64,000 bases of DNA from Oceanispirochaeta sp. (GTDB lineage Bacteria; Spirochaetota; Spirochaetia; DSM-2461), in NCBI GenBank assembly GCA_963666275.2, contig CAXXOA010000003.1:32001-96000 (forward strand), in the 5' to 3' direction. The translations under genes and the position numbers were made by a program. A model generated the notes under the pieces. The model was not told where the DNA came from. It saw nothing but the letters and a program-made list of their open reading frames with translations, and made no database searches. Of this stretch, positions 48,837 to 58,580 are shown piece by piece. How positions within the stretch are numbered: the stretch's first letter is position 1; every line of letters starts with the position of its first letter.

Positions 48837-49283
48837 ATGAGTAAAATATCCTATGGAAAGGACCAGGATCTGGATCTGAAGCTTGTCATCGCTTTGACCC
48901 GGAGTGTCCAGCATGTAAGAAAAAATGAATCCCCCCTGTTTCAGCAGTACGGTCTGACCATATCCCAGTTCGGTGTCATGGAAATCCTCTATCATAAAGG
49001 AGATCTGAGGGTCTGTGAGATCATCGAAAAAGCCCTCTCCACCGGAGGGAATATGACAGTGGTGATACAGAATCTTGTCAAAGAGGGATGGATCACCAGG
49101 CAGAGAGATCCTGCAGACGGGCGGGCCTGGATTATTCACCTGTCTGAAAAAGGGCATGATCTGATGGGAAGGATGTTCCCGGAGCACGCGGACAATATCA
49201 GCCGGATTATGGGAAACCTGGAGGGGCAGGAAAAGGAGGTGCTCCTGGGACTGCTGAAAAAGCTGACGGGAAAAGAGTCCTGA
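48837..49283 (+). CDS. MarR-family regulator
   Basis: GLT.SQF.V.E.LYHKG, GNMT.VI.NL.K.GWI.R...DGR. Confidence 0.92.
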   Translation: MSKISYGKDQDLDLKLVIALTRSVQHVRKNESPLFQQYGLTISQFGVMEILYHKGDLRVCEIIEKALSTGGNMTVVIQNLVKEGWITRQRDPADGRAWIIHLSEKGHDLMGRMFPEHADNISRIMGNLEGQEKEVLLGLLKKLTGKES

Positions 49284-49434
49284 AAGCAAGTTAATACCTG
49301 TATGTATTTTATATCTACGTAAGAATGACTTTTTTTATCAATCAGAGGAGTTTTTACACTCATCATCTTCTGTTCGGGAGATCTTCCTATTATAATGAGG
49401 GACAATATCAATAAAAATCTCAGGAGGTTTTTCA

Positions 49435-50703
49435 ATGCTGCCCTCAGTCAATCCGCTGGTTCTGAATCTCAAGGAATCGGCAACTCTCCTTATCAATAAT
49501 GCTATTAAAGAATTAAGAGCCCAGGGAAAGGATGTTTCCCATTTCGGTTTCGGACAGGCCGCCTTTCCTGTGCCGGAGCTTCTTGTGAACGCCCTGAGGG
49601 AGGCCGCCGAGGAAAACTCCTACCTTCCCACCCAGGGGCTGCCGGCGCTGAGGGAGGCGGTCTGCGGCTTTCTCAAAGATGAGTTTTCCCTGGAGTACCG
49701 CGCGGATGATGTGTTTATCGGTCCGGGGAGCAAGGAGCTGATTTTTCAGATCAGCTATATGATCGAAGGGGTCCTTCTGGCGCCGGCCCCCAGCTGGGTC
49801 AGTTACGGACCTCAGGCCACCCTGAGGGGGAAGAAACTGGTGCCTATCGAAACCCAGCGGGAAAATGCCTATAAACTGACCCCCCGGGAGCTGGACAGGG
49901 CCTGTCATCAGCTGGCTCAGGAACAGAAACTCCTGATCCTGAATAACCCCAACAATCCAACCGGAGCGGTCTATTCTGAAGAGGAGCTCAAGGAGCTGGC
50001 TGACATCTGCCGGGCCTATAATGTTCTTGTCATTTCCGATGAGATCTACGCCATGATTGATTTTACTGGAAACCCTCATGCCAGCATTGCCCGGTACTAC
50101 CCGGAAGGAACCATCATTTCCACGGGACTTTCCAAAGCTTTTGCCGCCGGAGGATACCGCATCGGCGCTATGATCATTCCTCCCTCTCTGGATGTCCTGA
50201 AGGGAGCCCTGAAGTCCATTATCAGTGAAACCTTCAGCGCCGTGAGTGCGCCCATTCAGTATGCGGCCCTGCAGGCCTATGAAAAATTTGATCAGATAAA
50301 ACCGGAAATACAAAAAAATACGGAGATCTATCAGTACGCTTCGCGCTATTTATGGTCCCGGTTCCTTGAAATGGGACTGAACTGTCCCAAGCCCCAGGGA
50401 GCCTTCTACCTCTTTCCTGATTTTGAGCCTTTCAGGGAGAAACTCCGGGCAAAGGGAATCCTTACGGGCATTCAGCTGGCCGATGATCTACTGAAAACGA
50501 AGGGTGTGGCTTTTCTGCCGGGATCGGATTTCTATTTCCCCGCCACCAATCTGGGTGTCCGGGTGGCTTCTGTGGATTTTAACGGAAAGATGGTCAGGGA
50601 CAGCTGGCCCGGAGGCAAACTGACAGATGAGCAGCTGAAAGAGTTTTTCCCCAACCTTGTGAAAGGATGCGACAGGCTCCAGTCGTATCTGGAAGAAATA
50701 TAA
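49435..50703 (+). CDS. PLP-dependent class I/II aminotransferase
   Basis: NNPNNPTG, SDEIY, GLSK.F..GGYRIG, PQGAFY. Confidence 0.92.
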   Translation: MLPSVNPLVLNLKESATLLINNAIKELRAQGKDVSHFGFGQAAFPVPELLVNALREAAEENSYLPTQGLPALREAVCGFLKDEFSLEYRADDVFIGPGSKELIFQISYMIEGVLLAPAPSWVSYGPQATLRGKKLVPIETQRENAYKLTPRELDRACHQLAQEQKLLILNNPNNPTGAVYSEEELKELADICRAYNVLVISDEIYAMIDFTGNPHASIARYYPEGTIISTGLSKAFAAGGYRIGAMIIPPSLDVLKGALKSIISETFSAVSAPIQYAALQAYEKFDQIKPEIQKNTEIYQYASRYLWSRFLEMGLNCPKPQGAFYLFPDFEPFREKLRAKGILTGIQLADDLLKTKGVAFLPGSDFYFPATNLGVRVASVDFNGKMVRDSWPGGKLTDEQLKEFFPNLVKGCDRLQSYLEEI

Positions 50704-50745
50704 AAAAAAGCCCCGGAGCCGAATTTCCCTATCCCCGAAACAGTC
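50703..50745 (+). repeat. Copy 1 of a short palindromic repeat (A7-gccccggagccgaa...)
   Basis: 50703-50723 is identical to 52877-52897. Confidence 0.7.
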
Positions 50746-50865
50746 AAGTTTCGGGTTTTTTTTTCTTATTAGGCCATTATTGATGACTGTCCTAGTATTT
50801 ATTATATATAATGTAAGATATTACAAAATGTAAGATTTTATAAAGAGTGTAAAAACGGGGAGTCA

Positions 50866-52863
50866 ATGAAATTTTCAGATTTATCAATTGCCATCAGACT
50901 AATAGGAGGGTTTCTAATCTTAGCTTTTCTGGTCGCTTGCGCATCAGTTACAGGAATTGTGGTCTCCAGGCGGCTGGATACAGAGCTTGATATCGTTTTA
51001 CATGAAAAAATGCCTTTTAAAGATATCAGTATGGAAGCTATTATTTCAGCTTTGCTCACAAGAGATGCTGCTGCAGAGTATCAGTTGAATACAGAGAATC
51101 TGGACTCTATAGAGAGTGATGTTCTCGAATATGAAAAGGATTTTTATATGTGGACCGACCTGATCCTTTTCGGGTCTGAAAGTGAGCAGTTCAGAAACAG
51201 TGACTCCGGAGTTATGTATAAGCGGGATCAGATGACATTAAACAATCCTGCTGGTACTGCGGAAATGCAGCAGATAGCAAACCAGGCTCAGCTACATCAT
51301 CGGGCTATGATTGAGGCGGTGGGTGAAATGATGAGTGCTCACAGGGAGAAGCTGAAGTATGATATCTCTGTTGCGGGAAAGTATTATGATATCGGAAACT
51401 GGATCATGCAGAAAGAAATCGATCATCTTCGCTGGGTGGATGAACTTTCATCGGCTATTGCGGAAGGTAAGGAGTTCAACGCAGAGCTGGATCCTCAGAA
51501 ATGTTCATTCGGTCAATGGTACTACTCCTATTCCGTTGATGATCCCGAGTTGATGAGACTGCTAAGCAAAGCAGAAGAGCCTCATATGGAGCTGCATCGT
51601 CTGGGAAGCCGGATCAATTCAGATTTCAATCGTATAAACAGAGACAGAATCTATGCAGATCAGGTCGTCCCTGTCATCAGTGAAATCAAAACTGTTTTCC
51701 GGGATTTCAGGAATTATGTAAATCCGATTATTCAAGAGTTTGCTCTGTTAGAAGCCAGTTTGATGGAACAGGTAGATGAAGAGTCTGAGTTCCTGATCAG
51801 TGCCCTGGATGCATTGGAAGTCCTTACGGATTCTGAAATGAATAAGGCTATGGAGATTGCTGACCGGGTCAGTATTTCAGGAATAAGACTTCTGACTCTG
51901 ATTGGGGGACTTTGTGTTCTTCTGGCAGTCCTTCTGGGACTGTTCCTGTCCCGGGGGATCATCCATCCTCTCAGATCACAGGTCAACTATGCCAGGGAAA
52001 TCGCCCGGGGAAATCTATCTGCGGAAAACCCAATAGAACAGAGGGATGAAATTGGACAGGTTGCTGATTCTCTTAAAAGTATGGGGCTTCGTCTGACAGC
52101 TATTATTCAGGAAATACTCAAGGGAGCGGATAATGTTTCAGCAGGGAGTAGCCAATTGAGCGAAACATCCCAGATTCTTTCCCAGGGGGCTGCCGAGCAG
52201 GCTTCCTCTGCTGAAGAAATCTCTTCCTCTCTGGAACAGATGAATGCCAGTATTGATCAGAATGTCCAGGTATCGGATGAGACAATGACCCTTTCTGGAG
52301 AAGCATCGGATATGATCGAAAGAAGCGGAATCGCTGTAGATGAAACTGTTCAGGCCATGAAAACGATAGTTGATAAGATTTCCATTATCGACGAAATCGC
52401 CCGGCAGACCAATATGCTGTCTCTTAATGCGGCCATTGAAGCAGCAAGGGCCGGTGATTCGGGAAGGGGATTTGCCGTGGTGGCTTCAGAGGTGAGAAAA
52501 TTGGCTGTCAGAAGTACCGAAGCGGCAGATGAGATTTCCAGGCTGTCACAAAACAGCATTAATCTGGCAGATAACACAGGGCGTCTTATGCAGGAAGCAG
52601 TTCCGAAAATCCGAAAGACGAATCAGATGATCCAGGAAATAGCTGCTACGGGAAGTGAACAAAGAAGTGGAGCAGAACAGATCCTCAGAGCGGTGAATCA
52701 ACTTGATATGGTTATTCAGCAGAATGCCTCATCTTCTGAAGAATCGGCTTCCATGTCGGAAGAGCTTTCCGCTCAGGCTGAAAACCTGAAGAAACAACTA
52801 TCTTTTTTTACTGTTAAAGAGTCAAAAAGTCTTTTACTTGATAACCCGGGTTCAGGCTTTTAA
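50866..52863 (+). CDS. Methyl-accepting chemotaxis protein (TM-sensor with CZB-TM-HAMP-MA)
   Basis: [45 protein letters not shown]...C.FGQW...H..LH. Confidence 0.95.
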   Translation: MKFSDLSIAIRLIGGFLILAFLVACASVTGIVVSRRLDTELDIVLHEKMPFKDISMEAIISALLTRDAAAEYQLNTENLDSIESDVLEYEKDFYMWTDLILFGSESEQFRNSDSGVMYKRDQMTLNNPAGTAEMQQIANQAQLHHRAMIEAVGEMMSAHREKLKYDISVAGKYYDIGNWIMQKEIDHLRWVDELSSAIAEGKEFNAELDPQKCSFGQWYYSYSVDDPELMRLLSKAEEPHMELHRLGSRINSDFNRINRDRIYADQVVPVISEIKTVFRDFRNYVNPIIQEFALLEASLMEQVDEESEFLISALDALEVLTDSEMNKAMEIADRVSISGIRLLTLIGGLCVLLAVLLGLFLSRGIIHPLRSQVNYAREIARGNLSAENPIEQRDEIGQVADSLKSMGLRLTAIIQEILKGADNVSAGSSQLSETSQILSQGAAEQASSAEEISSSLEQMNASIDQNVQVSDETMTLSGEASDMIERSGIAVDETVQAMKTIVDKISIIDEIARQTNMLSLNAAIEAARAGDSGRGFAVVASEVRKLAVRSTEAADEISRLSQNSINLADNTGRLMQEAVPKIRKTNQMIQEIAATGSEQRSGAEQILRAVNQLDMVIQQNASSSEESASMSEELSAQAENLKKQLSFFTVKESKSLLLDNPGSGF

Positions 52864-52876
52864 GAAATTATTAAAC

Positions 52877-52931
52877 AAAAAAAGCCCCGGAGCCGAACTG
52901 TTTTTGGGATGGGAAGATCCGGCTCCGGGGC
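52877..52931 (-). terminator. Copy 2 of the palindromic repeat, acting as terminator
   Basis: gccccggagccg...cggctccggggc 12-bp stem plus U7 on the minus strand. Confidence 0.7.
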
Positions 52932-52944
52932 AGAAAAAACAACA

Positions 52945-53472
52945 CTATTCCAGAAGGTTCTTATTCATTCCTACAAAGGTATCCACTATTATTGTCGCAG
53001 CTTCATCTACCAGATTGGTCTGCTCCTCCTCGGATAGTGATTCAGGGGTTACAACTATTTTGAACAGAGGTGAGGTCTGTTTGATGGGACCTTCCTTGAA
53101 GTTCAGGCTTTTATCCACTTCGGCATAGTCTGCCAGTTCCACGTGTTCCAGTTCCAGAGATTCGGGGACATCCGTTCTGTAGCCGATGCTTGTATATTCC
53201 AGGGTCCTTTCTCCGAATTTCAGGGGACTTACGGAGATAAGAGAGCCCGAGTAGGTCAGGAATATGGCACCTCTTTCATCCGTGGGGTCGAAAATTCCAA
53301 TCTCTTCCATACCCATTTCGATCATCTTGTTTTCAAAGATCTCTTTTTTCAGGAGCCAGCTATCCTGTAATTTCTGAGCCATATCCTCGTTAGGCTCCAG
53401 ACCGAATTTCTCTGTGACTTCCGCCAGATGTTTTGCTATGGTATCGGGAACATGCTGAATGACTGTATTCAT
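52945..53472 (-). CDS. Hypothetical acidic protein
   Basis: 175-aa ORF with AAGGAG RBS; no family recognised. Confidence 0.75.
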   Translation of the reverse strand: MNTVIQHVPDTIAKHLAEVTEKFGLEPNEDMAQKLQDSWLLKKEIFENKMIEMGMEEIGIFDPTDERGAIFLTYSGSLISVSPLKFGERTLEYTSIGYRTDVPESLELEHVELADYAEVDKSLNFKEGPIKQTSPLFKIVVTPESLSEEEQTNLVDEAATIIVDTFVGMNKNLLE

Positions 53473-53617
53473 ATTGAACTCTCCTTTTAAAGGTTCTTTC
53501 AGGATCTTTCAAAAAGAAAACCCTGTTACTTGATATGCTTTTAAATATGGTTCCATTTTCAAAAAATGAGGATATGCTGTTTGGTATAATCCTGTTTTTG
53601 CTGTATCCTATGGGAAT

Positions 53618-54172
53618 ATGTCATGGTTTTTAGAAGGAAAACTCAAAGATAACTCCCCCTGGTTTATCCCCCTGGATGAAAAGGGGTTCTCTATTGGCCG
53701 CAGCAGTTCCTGCGATCTTATCCTGAATGCCGCTTCGGTTTCCCGGAAGCACAGTACCGTTGTTTTTATAGAGGAAGAACCCTATCTCTCTGACAGCAAA
53801 AGCCGGAATGGGACGTTTATTAACGGTTGCCGGGTGTATGATAAGACGCGTCTGAAAGAGGATGATATTGTCTGTTTCGGTACAGTGGAGTTTGTCCTCC
53901 GCTATCAGGACGAGGATAGCGAAGAGGAAAAGACTATCATTGATGAAGGATTGAGCAGTAAGAAGTCTTTTTCTGAAATCTATGGTATTTCCGAGCGGGA
54001 GGAGGAGGTCCTCTTTCTTCTGATCAAAGGTCTGAACATAAAGGATATCGGAGAGAAACTTTTCATTTCTCCCGGGACGGTAAAAAATCATGTCCTCAAG
54101 ATCTACTCTAAAACCGGAGTCCACAGCCGGATAGAACTCTCCACACTGTATCAGGAAAAAGCCGGAGTCTGA
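53618..54172 (+). CDS. FHA domain + LuxR-type HTH regulator
   Basis: IGR...CD....VSRKH...SRNGTFING; SEREEEVL.L...G....I...LFIS.GTVKNH..IY.K. Confidence 0.9.
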   Translation: MSWFLEGKLKDNSPWFIPLDEKGFSIGRSSSCDLILNAASVSRKHSTVVFIEEEPYLSDSKSRNGTFINGCRVYDKTRLKEDDIVCFGTVEFVLRYQDEDSEEEKTIIDEGLSSKKSFSEIYGISEREEEVLFLLIKGLNIKDIGEKLFISPGTVKNHVLKIYSKTGVHSRIELSTLYQEKAGV

Positions 54173-54330
54173 TCGGTCGATCGGTTCTGAATGCTCTCTT
54201 ATAACGCGGGTCTCTTGGCCCCCATACCCCCTGAAGGGGGCTTTTACTTTTTGGGAAGGCTGAAGGTTTTCTCGGCAAAGAGCCTCCCCGGTTCCTGAAC
54301 GGAGCCGAAGGGTGGGGGACTTCCCGGAGC

Positions 54331-54366
54331 AAAAAAAAGCTGCCGTATCATTGATACAGCAGCTTT
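54331..54366 (-). terminator. Terminator of the FMN-binding gene
   Basis: aagctgccgtatca/tgatacagcagctt stem with U8 on the minus strand. Confidence 0.75.
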
Positions 54367-54399
54367 ATCTATACACTGTCTAAGATGACAGCAATTGTC

Positions 54400-55212
54400 T
54401 TACTTGGCAGAAGCCATAGCTTCGTTAAGAAGAGCGTAGAAGGGATCCAGTCCGATAGAAGCACCGGATACGGCATCGGGCATTGCTGTTTCCTGAGTTG
54501 CCAGGAGGTTGGCTTCTACAGCCGCAGCCTGCTCAAACCAGGGAGCCATGGCGTTGCCGCTGGCCATCATACCATACTCACCGTCCATAGACTTCTGAGC
54601 TTTGTTATTGGTTCCGTCTTCTGCCAGACCATCCCAGTTTACGGCTACGATATAACCGGAAGTCACTGTCACATCAACAAAGTATTTGTATCCATGATCA
54701 AACTCGGGCTGTTCTGCATGATAGAAACCGTCTTTGTAGGGACCGTATCCGACAGGACCGGCTGCCAGAGCTTTCTCTGCAAGGGTGAAGAATTCGATAA
54801 CATGGATAGACGCTCCGGAGAACGCATCTGTATGGCCTTCGTCATCTTTATAGGTAATTGCGGTGGGATCCTGAGTTTTCAGGAGGTATTCCTGAGCGGC
54901 AGCAGCCTGCTCATACCAGGGAGCTTTGGCTCCGCCTTTTTCCATACCGTATTCACCGGCTTTGGAAAGGCTGACTTTGTCTTTTCCGGCATTCACATTG
55001 GCACCGTTCCATACGGCTTTGACAATTTTACCGTCTTTTACCTCTATGGTTACATTATATTTCCAGCCGGTTTTTCCAAACTGGTCTTCCTGAGCAAAGT
55101 ACACGCCGTCTTTGTATGCGGGTGCACTGGATGCGGCTTCCTGCTGTCCTTCTGCAAAAACAGATGCGGAAAAAATTGACAGAATAACGAAAAATGTCAT
55201 TATTTTTTTCAT
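54400..55212 (-). CDS. Exported protein with two tandem FMN-binding (flavinylation) domains, Tpp15/TP0171-like
   Basis: Signal peptide; repeated YKDG.Y.A...GEYGM...APW.EQA...DA.SGASI. Confidence 0.85.
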   Translation of the reverse strand: MKKIMTFFVILSIFSASVFAEGQQEAASSAPAYKDGVYFAQEDQFGKTGWKYNVTIEVKDGKIVKAVWNGANVNAGKDKVSLSKAGEYGMEKGGAKAPWYEQAAAAQEYLLKTQDPTAITYKDDEGHTDAFSGASIHVIEFFTLAEKALAAGPVGYGPYKDGFYHAEQPEFDHGYKYFVDVTVTSGYIVAVNWDGLAEDGTNNKAQKSMDGEYGMMASGNAMAPWFEQAAAVEANLLATQETAMPDAVSGASIGLDPFYALLNEAMASAK

Positions 55213-55371
55213 ATAGACCTCCAAAAGTGGTAATACTCTTTTATGAATATATTAAAATTCATAAATTTTTATCGACTATAATGCTTTTTCCAAACAAAAT
55301 CAACTAAATCCTACTAAAAAGCTAGGTTATGGGCTTATGCAATCTTCCTTTAGTACACACAAGTTTCTATA

Positions 55372-56772
55372 ATGGCTTTTCATATGGCGAAAGTAAAAAG
55401 TTTTAGCGGTTTATTAAAAAAGGTTCTCCTTCTGGGACTGCCTCTTCTTTTCGGTCAGTTGACCCAGTATTTTCATCAGATTGCCGATTCAGCCATGCTG
55501 GGACATTTCGGAGAAACAAGCAGTGAACTGGCAGCCATCGGCATTGCCGGCCTCTATTCCTGGATGCTGGCAACTTTTATCTGGCCTGTCTCAACAGGTA
55601 TCCAGGCTATTGCCTCCCGCCGTTATGGAAAACAGGACTCCGGAGTGGAGGCTCACAGGTTTTCAACAGGTGAGGCTCTGGATAACGGTCTGGCTGTGAC
55701 TTTCTATGCGGCCGGTCTCTCCACGCTATTCAGCTTCCTTGCCAAACCTGTCCTGGGGGCTCTCCTGGATTCCCGGGAAATCCTGGATCTTTCCCTTCAA
55801 TACATCCGGATCATCCGGTTTTCTCTTCTTCCTCTGGGGCTGTGTTTCTCTCTGCAGGGATTTTTCGGGGCTCTGAACAAGACCAGATACGTAATGTATG
55901 CGGGGGTTCTCAGCAATCTTTCCAATATTCTACTCAACTGGATATTCATATTCGGCAAACTGGGGTTGCCTGCCATGGGGATCCGGGGAGCCGCCCTGGG
56001 AACTGTTCTGTCCGATGTGATCACCCTGATCTTTCTTATCTGGATTGTGATTCAGAAGGGATACCTGAAACAGTACAGGCTTTTTCATTTTTCCGATCTC
56101 AGCGTGATGATTCAGAAAGATATCATCAAAGTAGCCGTTCCGCCGGGACTTCAGAATGTTTTCGCCCTGGGATTTTTTATGACATACCAGACTATCATCG
56201 AAGACTATTCTGTCCTGTATCTGGCAGCTACCCACAGTACCTTTGCCTTTTTCCGATTGAATAAGTCCATCATCAGCGGCTTCGCCCGTTCCGCCAGCAT
56301 CCTGGCGGGAAATGCTCTGGGACGGGGAGACAAAGAGGATGCTCAGGTTATTATTACGGCAGCAGGGTTTATTTCAGGACTTGTGGCCATATTCATTTCT
56401 CTTATCACTTTTTCCGGTCGGAATGTGATCGCCTCTGTTTTTACTGACTCTCCTGAAACGGCTTCTGCCATAGTGCAGACACTTCTCTTTTTTCTGCCCT
56501 TCTTTTTTATTGAATCCCTGGGGTACGCTTTTGAAATGGTATTTGTTCCCAACGGCTATGGAAAATGGGTACTGTTCAGCGAGTTTACAACCAATGCCGT
56601 GTTTATTCTGGGGGCGACCCTTGTGGTGAGGCATCTGTTTCCCGGTGAGATCCGGCTGGCCTGGCTCTGTTTCGGTCTCTATCAGCTCTTTCATGCCAGC
56701 CTGATGATCACAGGATATGTCCGGCGTAAATGGCTGGATATTGAGCTGGATAGAACCACGGGAGGAAGCTGA
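55372..56772 (+). CDS. MATE-family efflux transporter
   Basis: D..MLGH, ELAAIG, NILLNWIFIFG..G.PAMGI.GAA.GT; ~12 TM. Confidence 0.9.
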   Translation: MAFHMAKVKSFSGLLKKVLLLGLPLLFGQLTQYFHQIADSAMLGHFGETSSELAAIGIAGLYSWMLATFIWPVSTGIQAIASRRYGKQDSGVEAHRFSTGEALDNGLAVTFYAAGLSTLFSFLAKPVLGALLDSREILDLSLQYIRIIRFSLLPLGLCFSLQGFFGALNKTRYVMYAGVLSNLSNILLNWIFIFGKLGLPAMGIRGAALGTVLSDVITLIFLIWIVIQKGYLKQYRLFHFSDLSVMIQKDIIKVAVPPGLQNVFALGFFMTYQTIIEDYSVLYLAATHSTFAFFRLNKSIISGFARSASILAGNALGRGDKEDAQVIITAAGFISGLVAIFISLITFSGRNVIASVFTDSPETASAIVQTLLFFLPFFFIESLGYAFEMVFVPNGYGKWVLFSEFTTNAVFILGATLVVRHLFPGEIRLAWLCFGLYQLFHASLMITGYVRRKWLDIELDRTTGGS

Positions 56773-56814
56773 CTCAGCTTGATCAGGCTTCTTATTTAAG
56801 GGTATCTTAAGGGC

Positions 56815-57555
56815 ATGTCCGTATTAGAATATGAAATAAATCCCTTTAACGGGGCCCAGATAGATCCTCCCGCTCTACCGGAGAGGACAGACGTTTTTAT
56901 TGCCTCCTTTGAAGAAACCCTGAAGGAGCTGAGAAAGGACGGCCGTATCGCTTTATGGCTGAATATTCCCATTGAAAAATCAGATTTTATACCCCATGCC
57001 GTAGCGGCGGGATGCCGTTTTCACCACGCTGGGGAAGACTACCTTCAGCTTGTGATGAAACTTGATCCCCAGGCATTTATTCCCGGATATGCCACCCATT
57101 ACATCGGGGCCGGCGGGGTTGTACTGGATGATGAGAACCGGATCCTTGTGATTCAGGAAAAATACCATACAAAAAAACATTATAAACTCCCCGGAGGAGC
57201 TCTGGATCCTCAGGAGCATATCTCGGATGCCGTAAAAAGGGAGATTTTTGAAGAAACCGGAATCAGAACCGAGTTTCTCTATCTCAGCTCTTTCCGGCAC
57301 TGGCACGGGTACCGGTACAGCAAGTCGGATATCTATTTTGTCTGCCGGATGAAACCTCTGTCATTTGAAATCAAGGCAGATCCCCGTGAGATATCCGAAG
57401 CCCGATGGATGCCCCTTGAGGAGTATCTGAACGACCCGGATACCCATCCCTTCAATCAGAAGATCGTCAGGACAGCCATCAAGGGGCAGGGGCTGAAACT
57501 TGAAAGCATTCCCGATTACGGATCTCCTGAAACCCATGAAATGATGTTTTTCTAA
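56815..57555 (+). CDS. Nudix hydrolase, NUDT6-like with N-terminal extension
   Basis: LPGG.....E.....KREIFEETGI Nudix box; P.YATH..GAG, KSDIYFVC. Confidence 0.88.
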   Translation: MSVLEYEINPFNGAQIDPPALPERTDVFIASFEETLKELRKDGRIALWLNIPIEKSDFIPHAVAAGCRFHHAGEDYLQLVMKLDPQAFIPGYATHYIGAGGVVLDDENRILVIQEKYHTKKHYKLPGGALDPQEHISDAVKREIFEETGIRTEFLYLSSFRHWHGYRYSKSDIYFVCRMKPLSFEIKADPREISEARWMPLEEYLNDPDTHPFNQKIVRTAIKGQGLKLESIPDYGSPETHEMMFF

Positions 57556-57564
57556 GATACCGGA

Positions 57565-58188
57565 TTACAGGCTCTCCATGACCATCATGAGAAATCCGGA
57601 AAACGCCGGATTGCTGGGCGACAGGGAAGGGTCGACTTCCCTTTTCATACTGTTGATCAGATCTCTGTATCTTCTGTAAAAATCGTAACTGGGCCGGGGC
57701 GAGTAGACCAGGTCCGGGATTTCAAAGACTTTGAGAATGTTTTTTACCGTGGTGGGTTTGATAAAGACCTCTTCGGCAGGCCTGACATAGGCGGGGATAA
57801 CGCTCAAAAGGGTCCATTTGGCCAGTTTTCCCATTTTAAGAACTTCCAGATAACGGTTAAACCCTTTCTCCTCGTCCAGGTAGAGCATCTCATGGAGGGA
57901 TTCTGTCAGTTCATCCCGGTCATGGCTGTTGAGGGAGCGCACAAAGTCCCGGAAGCGGGGCTTTTCAAAAACCGAAACCATGCTGGAGGCGCTGACGAAT
58001 TTGATAAGATTCTCACTGAGCAGTACTGTCCGGCTGAAAGCATCTTCTGAAAACTGCTCCTGTGCCCGGGGAACCAGCTTATCCATTCTGTGCTTCTTTC
58101 CTATGACCACCATTTCAGGGTCTTCAAAACCTCCGGGGTAACGGCTTAGAAAGAGGGCTTCCGCCTGTTGCAGTTTATTCAGATTCAT
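57565..58188 (-). CDS. Hypothetical protein
   Basis: 207-aa ORF with GGAGG RBS; no function recognised. Confidence 0.75.
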   Translation of the reverse strand: MNLNKLQQAEALFLSRYPGGFEDPEMVVIGKKHRMDKLVPRAQEQFSEDAFSRTVLLSENLIKFVSASSMVSVFEKPRFRDFVRSLNSHDRDELTESLHEMLYLDEEKGFNRYLEVLKMGKLAKWTLLSVIPAYVRPAEEVFIKPTTVKNILKVFEIPDLVYSPRPSYDFYRRYRDLINSMKREVDPSLSPSNPAFSGFLMMVMESL

Positions 58189-58297
58189 GGATTTCCTCCC
58201 TGTCTTTTATCCTTTATACACCAAGTGTACAGGAATTTCATGTATCCGTGTTGCTGTGAGTTTTGACTTTTTCATTTTACCCGGTTTAAAATAAGAG

Positions 58298-58336
58298 TGA
58301 GTCATAGAATGAGTCAGGAGGTATATGGATGAGTCA
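58298..58336. promoter_or_regulatory. Putative antitoxin operator: three TGAGTCA boxes
   Basis: TGAGTCA at 58298, 58310 and 58330, downstream of TTGACT-N18-TAAAAT. Confidence 0.55.
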
Positions 58337-58580
58337 GATTACCTTGAGAGAACTGCCGGAAGTGCTGGACCACCAGCTGAGATCCCTGGCAAAAAAGAAT
58401 CATACCAGTCTGAACAGAACGATTCAGAACATTCTGATGGAAACCCTGGGATTATCCGAAGGCTCCAGTCGGAAAAGGGATCTTTCCGATCTTTCAGGAG
58501 CATGGTCCCGGGAAGAGGCTGAGGCCTTTGAAAAGGATCTTGCTGTTTTTGATCAGATTGATGATGAAATCTGGAGCTGA
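58329..58580 (+). CDS. vapB: Type II antitoxin, FitA-like RHH
   Basis: MSQITLR.LP......LR..A.....SLN; acidic C-terminus; directly upstream of a PIN toxin. Confidence 0.85.
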   Translation: MSQITLRELPEVLDHQLRSLAKKNHTSLNRTIQNILMETLGLSEGSSRKRDLSDLSGAWSREEAEAFEKDLAVFDQIDDEIWS

